Positions 44,862 through 46,574 of a stretch of DNA of 46,574 nt are shown here, in pieces. The stretch spans positions 1 through 46,574 of the forward strand of contig JAFYPN010000098.1 in assembly GCA_017547465.1 (NCBI GenBank), given 5' to 3'. Position 1 is the stretch's first letter, and each line of letters begins with the position of its first letter. Below the pieces are notes generated by a model. It saw nothing but the letters and a program-made list of their open reading frames with translations. It was not told the DNA's origin and did no database searches. The translations under genes and the position numbers were made by a program. The stretch comes from Clostridia bacterium (GTDB taxonomy: Bacteria > Bacillota > Clostridia > Oscillospirales > Acutalibacteraceae).

Positions 44862-45104
44862 GTGCTTGCAGCTACTGTTTTGCTGGCATTTTTCATCTGT
44901 CAGATCCCTGTGGGGGCGATACAGGTTGAACCGGCGATGGAGGAAAGTGAAGTGTCAATCGAGACAACAGTCGAAGTGACTGTTGTCGGTGAAGAGGCGG
45001 ATAAACGTGAAGAAACAGTCAAGCATTTTCGTATGAGCGGCGGTAGTTATCGGGACACAGGGGACGGTTCAGCGCGGGACACAGGGGACGGTTCTGTGTG
45101 TTGA
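44862..45104 (+). CDS. Doubtful ORF / gene remnant with signal-peptide-like N-terminus
   Basis: The ORF has a GTG start and is open from 44802. A hydrophobic N-terminal segment (LAATVLLAFFICQIPVGA) is followed by an acidic region. The last 17 codons (RDTGDGSARDTGDGSVC) are encoded by the tandem REP copies, so the 3' end looks element-derived. Confidence 0.3.
   Translation: MLAATVLLAFFICQIPVGAIQVEPAMEESEVSIETTVEVTVVGEEADKREETVKHFRMSGGSYRDTGDGSARDTGDGSVC
45051..45094 (+). repeat. Two tandem copies of CGGGACACAGGGGACGGTTC (24-nt period)
   Basis: The 20-mer occurs exactly at 45051-45070 and 45075-45094. The second copy can fold as ACACAG-GGGACGGTT-CTGTGT (45079-45099). Confidence 0.8.
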
Positions 45105-45146
45105 CAAGTTGGCAGGTTTATGGTAGGGGACACATGATTTTCAAGG

Positions 45147-45905
45147 GTGAGAATTATGCCGAGACAGGCCCGCAGAAAAAGTGAAAGCGGAATATACCAT
45201 ATAATGCTCCGCGGAATTAATCAGCAACAAATTTTTGGAGATCGTGAAGACTTTGAAAAATTTTTGCAAATATTAAAAGACTGTAAGGCGGTAAGCGAAT
45301 ATAAATTGTTCGCTTACTGCCTTATGGGTAATCATATTCATTTGCTTGTTCAAGAAGGAAAGGAACCGATTGAGCAAGTAATGAAAAGACTTACTACCCG
45401 ATTCGTTTACTGGTATAATATTAAATACCAACGAGTCGGGCATTTGTTTCAAGACCGATTTAAGAGTGAACCTGTTGAAAATGATTCCTATTTTTAGACG
45501 GTTATTCGTTATATACATCAAAATCCCGTTAAGGCGGGGTTGTGTAAAAATTTATCTGATTATAAGTTTAGTAGTTATAGTAGTTTTTTCGATAATTCTA
45601 ATTTGGTTGATAAAGACTTCGTTTTGAATATAATTCCAATCAAACTATTTGCAGAATTTAATGCCAAAATTACCAATGATAAGTGTTTGGAGATTGAAGA
45701 AAAACCTATTATTAGGGTTACGGATGAACAAGCACAAAAAATTATTTATAGATATTCAAAATGTAAATCGGTTGCAGATTTTCAAAAGCTTAATATCGTA
45801 CAACGAGATAAGTGCTTAATTAATTTTCGTGAAAACGGTTTATCAATACGACAAATAAGCAGGCTGACGGGTGTTAGTTTTGGAATTGTAAGAAAATTCT
45901 ATTAA
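45147..45905 (+). pseudogene. RAYT / IS200-like Y1 transposase with C-terminal HTH, interrupted by one in-frame TAG
   Basis: ORFs 45147-45497 and 45540-45905 are in the same frame (offset 393 nt). The read-through translation is ...FKSEPVENDSYF*TVIRYIHQNPVKAGL.... The HUH motif (GNHIHLLV) lies before the stop at 45495-45497, and the catalytic Tyr region (RYIHQNP) lies after it. Confidence 0.8.
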
Positions 45906-45931
45906 CACATAGAACCGTCCCTTGTGTTCCC
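45905..45931 (-). repeat. Inverted copy of the REP-like repeat
   Basis: ACACATAGAACCGTCCCTTGTGTTCCC is the reverse complement of the left GGGACACAGGGGACGGTTCTGTGTGT, with one indel and two mismatches. It can fold as AACACA-N13-TGTGTT and overlaps the transposase stop codon. Confidence 0.7.
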
Positions 45932-46067
45932 TAGCGAGCCTCCTTGTGAGTATTCTAGTGTTACAATAGCATATTGTTGTTTCAATTTCAATATCGCGCA
46001 ACGCATAGGGCACGCTATTGCAGATTTGGTCTTTTTATGGTATGCTTGTTTCAAAGAGGTGAGCGGT

Positions 46068-46565
46068 ATGAAAGTTTGCGAGAAATGCGGTGCGCTGAAT
46101 TCTGACAATCGGTTCTTTTGCGTGGACTGTCACGAGAAATTGGGCGATGCTGTGTCCGAGCGGGAGCAAGGCGACATTGAGCAAGGCCTTGATACTGTAC
46201 TTGAAAATTTATACAACAACAACGACCCGTTACATGTCAGTTGGTTTGATAAGGTTATGGGGATCCTTTCGCTGGTCGGTGCGGTGGCAAGCCTTGTGTT
46301 GTTGGTTGTTGGGTTGGTTACCCAGCGGGATTTTACGGTTTTATGGGTCGCGGTCTTTTTCTTTGCTTTGACGGCGGTAGAGGCGCTTGTGCCGAAATTT
46401 ATGTGGAGTCTTGAACAGCTTCGGTTGAGTTTTCATATCAGCAATTTCGAGGATACCGAACCAAGTATGTTTTATAAAACGTCCCGCAAGATTTGTATCG
46501 TGATCGGTGCGGGTGTAGGTGTTGCGGCGCTGCTGATCGCGGCGTTGGATTTACGAGTATTTTAA
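46068..46565 (+). CDS. Zinc-ribbon membrane protein, function unknown
   Basis: I trimmed the ORF to the MKVCEKCGALNSDNRFFCVDCHEKLG start (AGAGGTGAG SD). It has an N-terminal CxxC...CxxC zinc ribbon and three predicted TM helices. Confidence 0.6.
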   Translation: MKVCEKCGALNSDNRFFCVDCHEKLGDAVSEREQGDIEQGLDTVLENLYNNNDPLHVSWFDKVMGILSLVGAVASLVLLVVGLVTQRDFTVLWVAVFFFALTAVEALVPKFMWSLEQLRLSFHISNFEDTEPSMFYKTSRKICIVIGAGVGVAALLIAALDLRVF

Positions 46566-46574
46566 CACAGCAGA

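Larger units (their letters stand above)
45051..45931 (+). mobile_element. REPtron-like unit: RAYT (Y1 HUH transposase) gene flanked by inverted hairpin repeats
   Basis: The left repeats lie at 45051-45101. The right repeat at 45905-45931 is their imperfect reverse complement (one indel and two mismatches over about 27 nt). The interior is far more AT-rich than the surrounding chromosome. Confidence 0.65.

Noticed and set aside
45495-45497. Whether the in-frame TAG could be read as pyrrolysine
   Set aside because: No pylTSBCD genes or PYLIS-like context are visible in the window. The host looks like an ordinary Clostridial genome that uses TAG as a stop elsewhere (for example, yqfC ends in TAG at 31066-31068). 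Homologues as I recall them have Leu at this position. Nonsense mutation or read-through is more parsimonious.
1-46574. Search for CRISPR arrays, tRNA, rRNA, tmRNA/SRP/RNase P RNAs and prophage blocks
   Set aside because: I saw no regularly spaced direct repeats beyond those reported, and no cloverleaf-compatible or rRNA-like segments in the intergenic regions. Integrase, capsid and terminase genes are also absent. A visual scan cannot exclude small RNAs.

Overview
This is a 46.6-kb chromosomal window from a moderately GC-rich, endospore-forming Firmicute. I infer Clostridia (Oscillospiraceae/Ruminococcaceae-like) from gene content and order; no search was run. Most of it is conserved housekeeping. 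It holds the tail of the ribosomal alpha operon (rpmJ-rpsM-rpsK-rpsD-rpoA-rplQ) and galE with a divergent nucleotidyltransferase / anomeric hexosamine-kinase pair. It also holds an NhaC-family transporter, serC-serA, a YdcF-family protein, nnrD, uvrC, ptsH and the ylxM-ffh-rpsP-KH-rimM-trmD operon. A sporulation / ribosome-maturation block follows (ylbJ, then yqfC-yqfD-phoH-ybeY-dgkA-era-yqzL-recO). The rest is mutS2, a HAD hydrolase, a C_GCAxxG_C_C protein, a TPP-riboswitch-controlled thiT, icd, a CPBP protease, tadA, mscL and spoVAE. Four regions are not ordinary. (1) A six-gene minus-strand operon (9643-13232) is built around a sensory-type [FeFe]-hydrogenase homologue. It has an altered H-cluster pocket, two DRTGG proteins and an anti-sigma-type HATPase, plus YbaK and PHP genes, and no output regulator is visible. 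(2) An AT-rich two-gene island (RHH protein plus a 192-aa orphan) with an elaborate repeat operator sits where Firmicutes normally continue rplQ with ecfA-ecfA-ecfT-truA. It is bounded by a heptamer repeat tract and by REP-like GC hairpins. (3) A lower-GC MoxR / DUF58 / transglutaminase-like triad has Ser in place of the predicted TGase nucleophile Cys. (4) An ~0.9-kb, very AT-rich REPtron-like element carries a RAYT (Y1/HUH) transposase gene. Inverted hairpin repeats flank the gene, and a single in-frame TAG interrupts it just before the catalytic tyrosine. I found no rRNA, tRNA or CRISPR array. All homology statements come from my own recognition of motifs in the translated ORFs, not from database searches.
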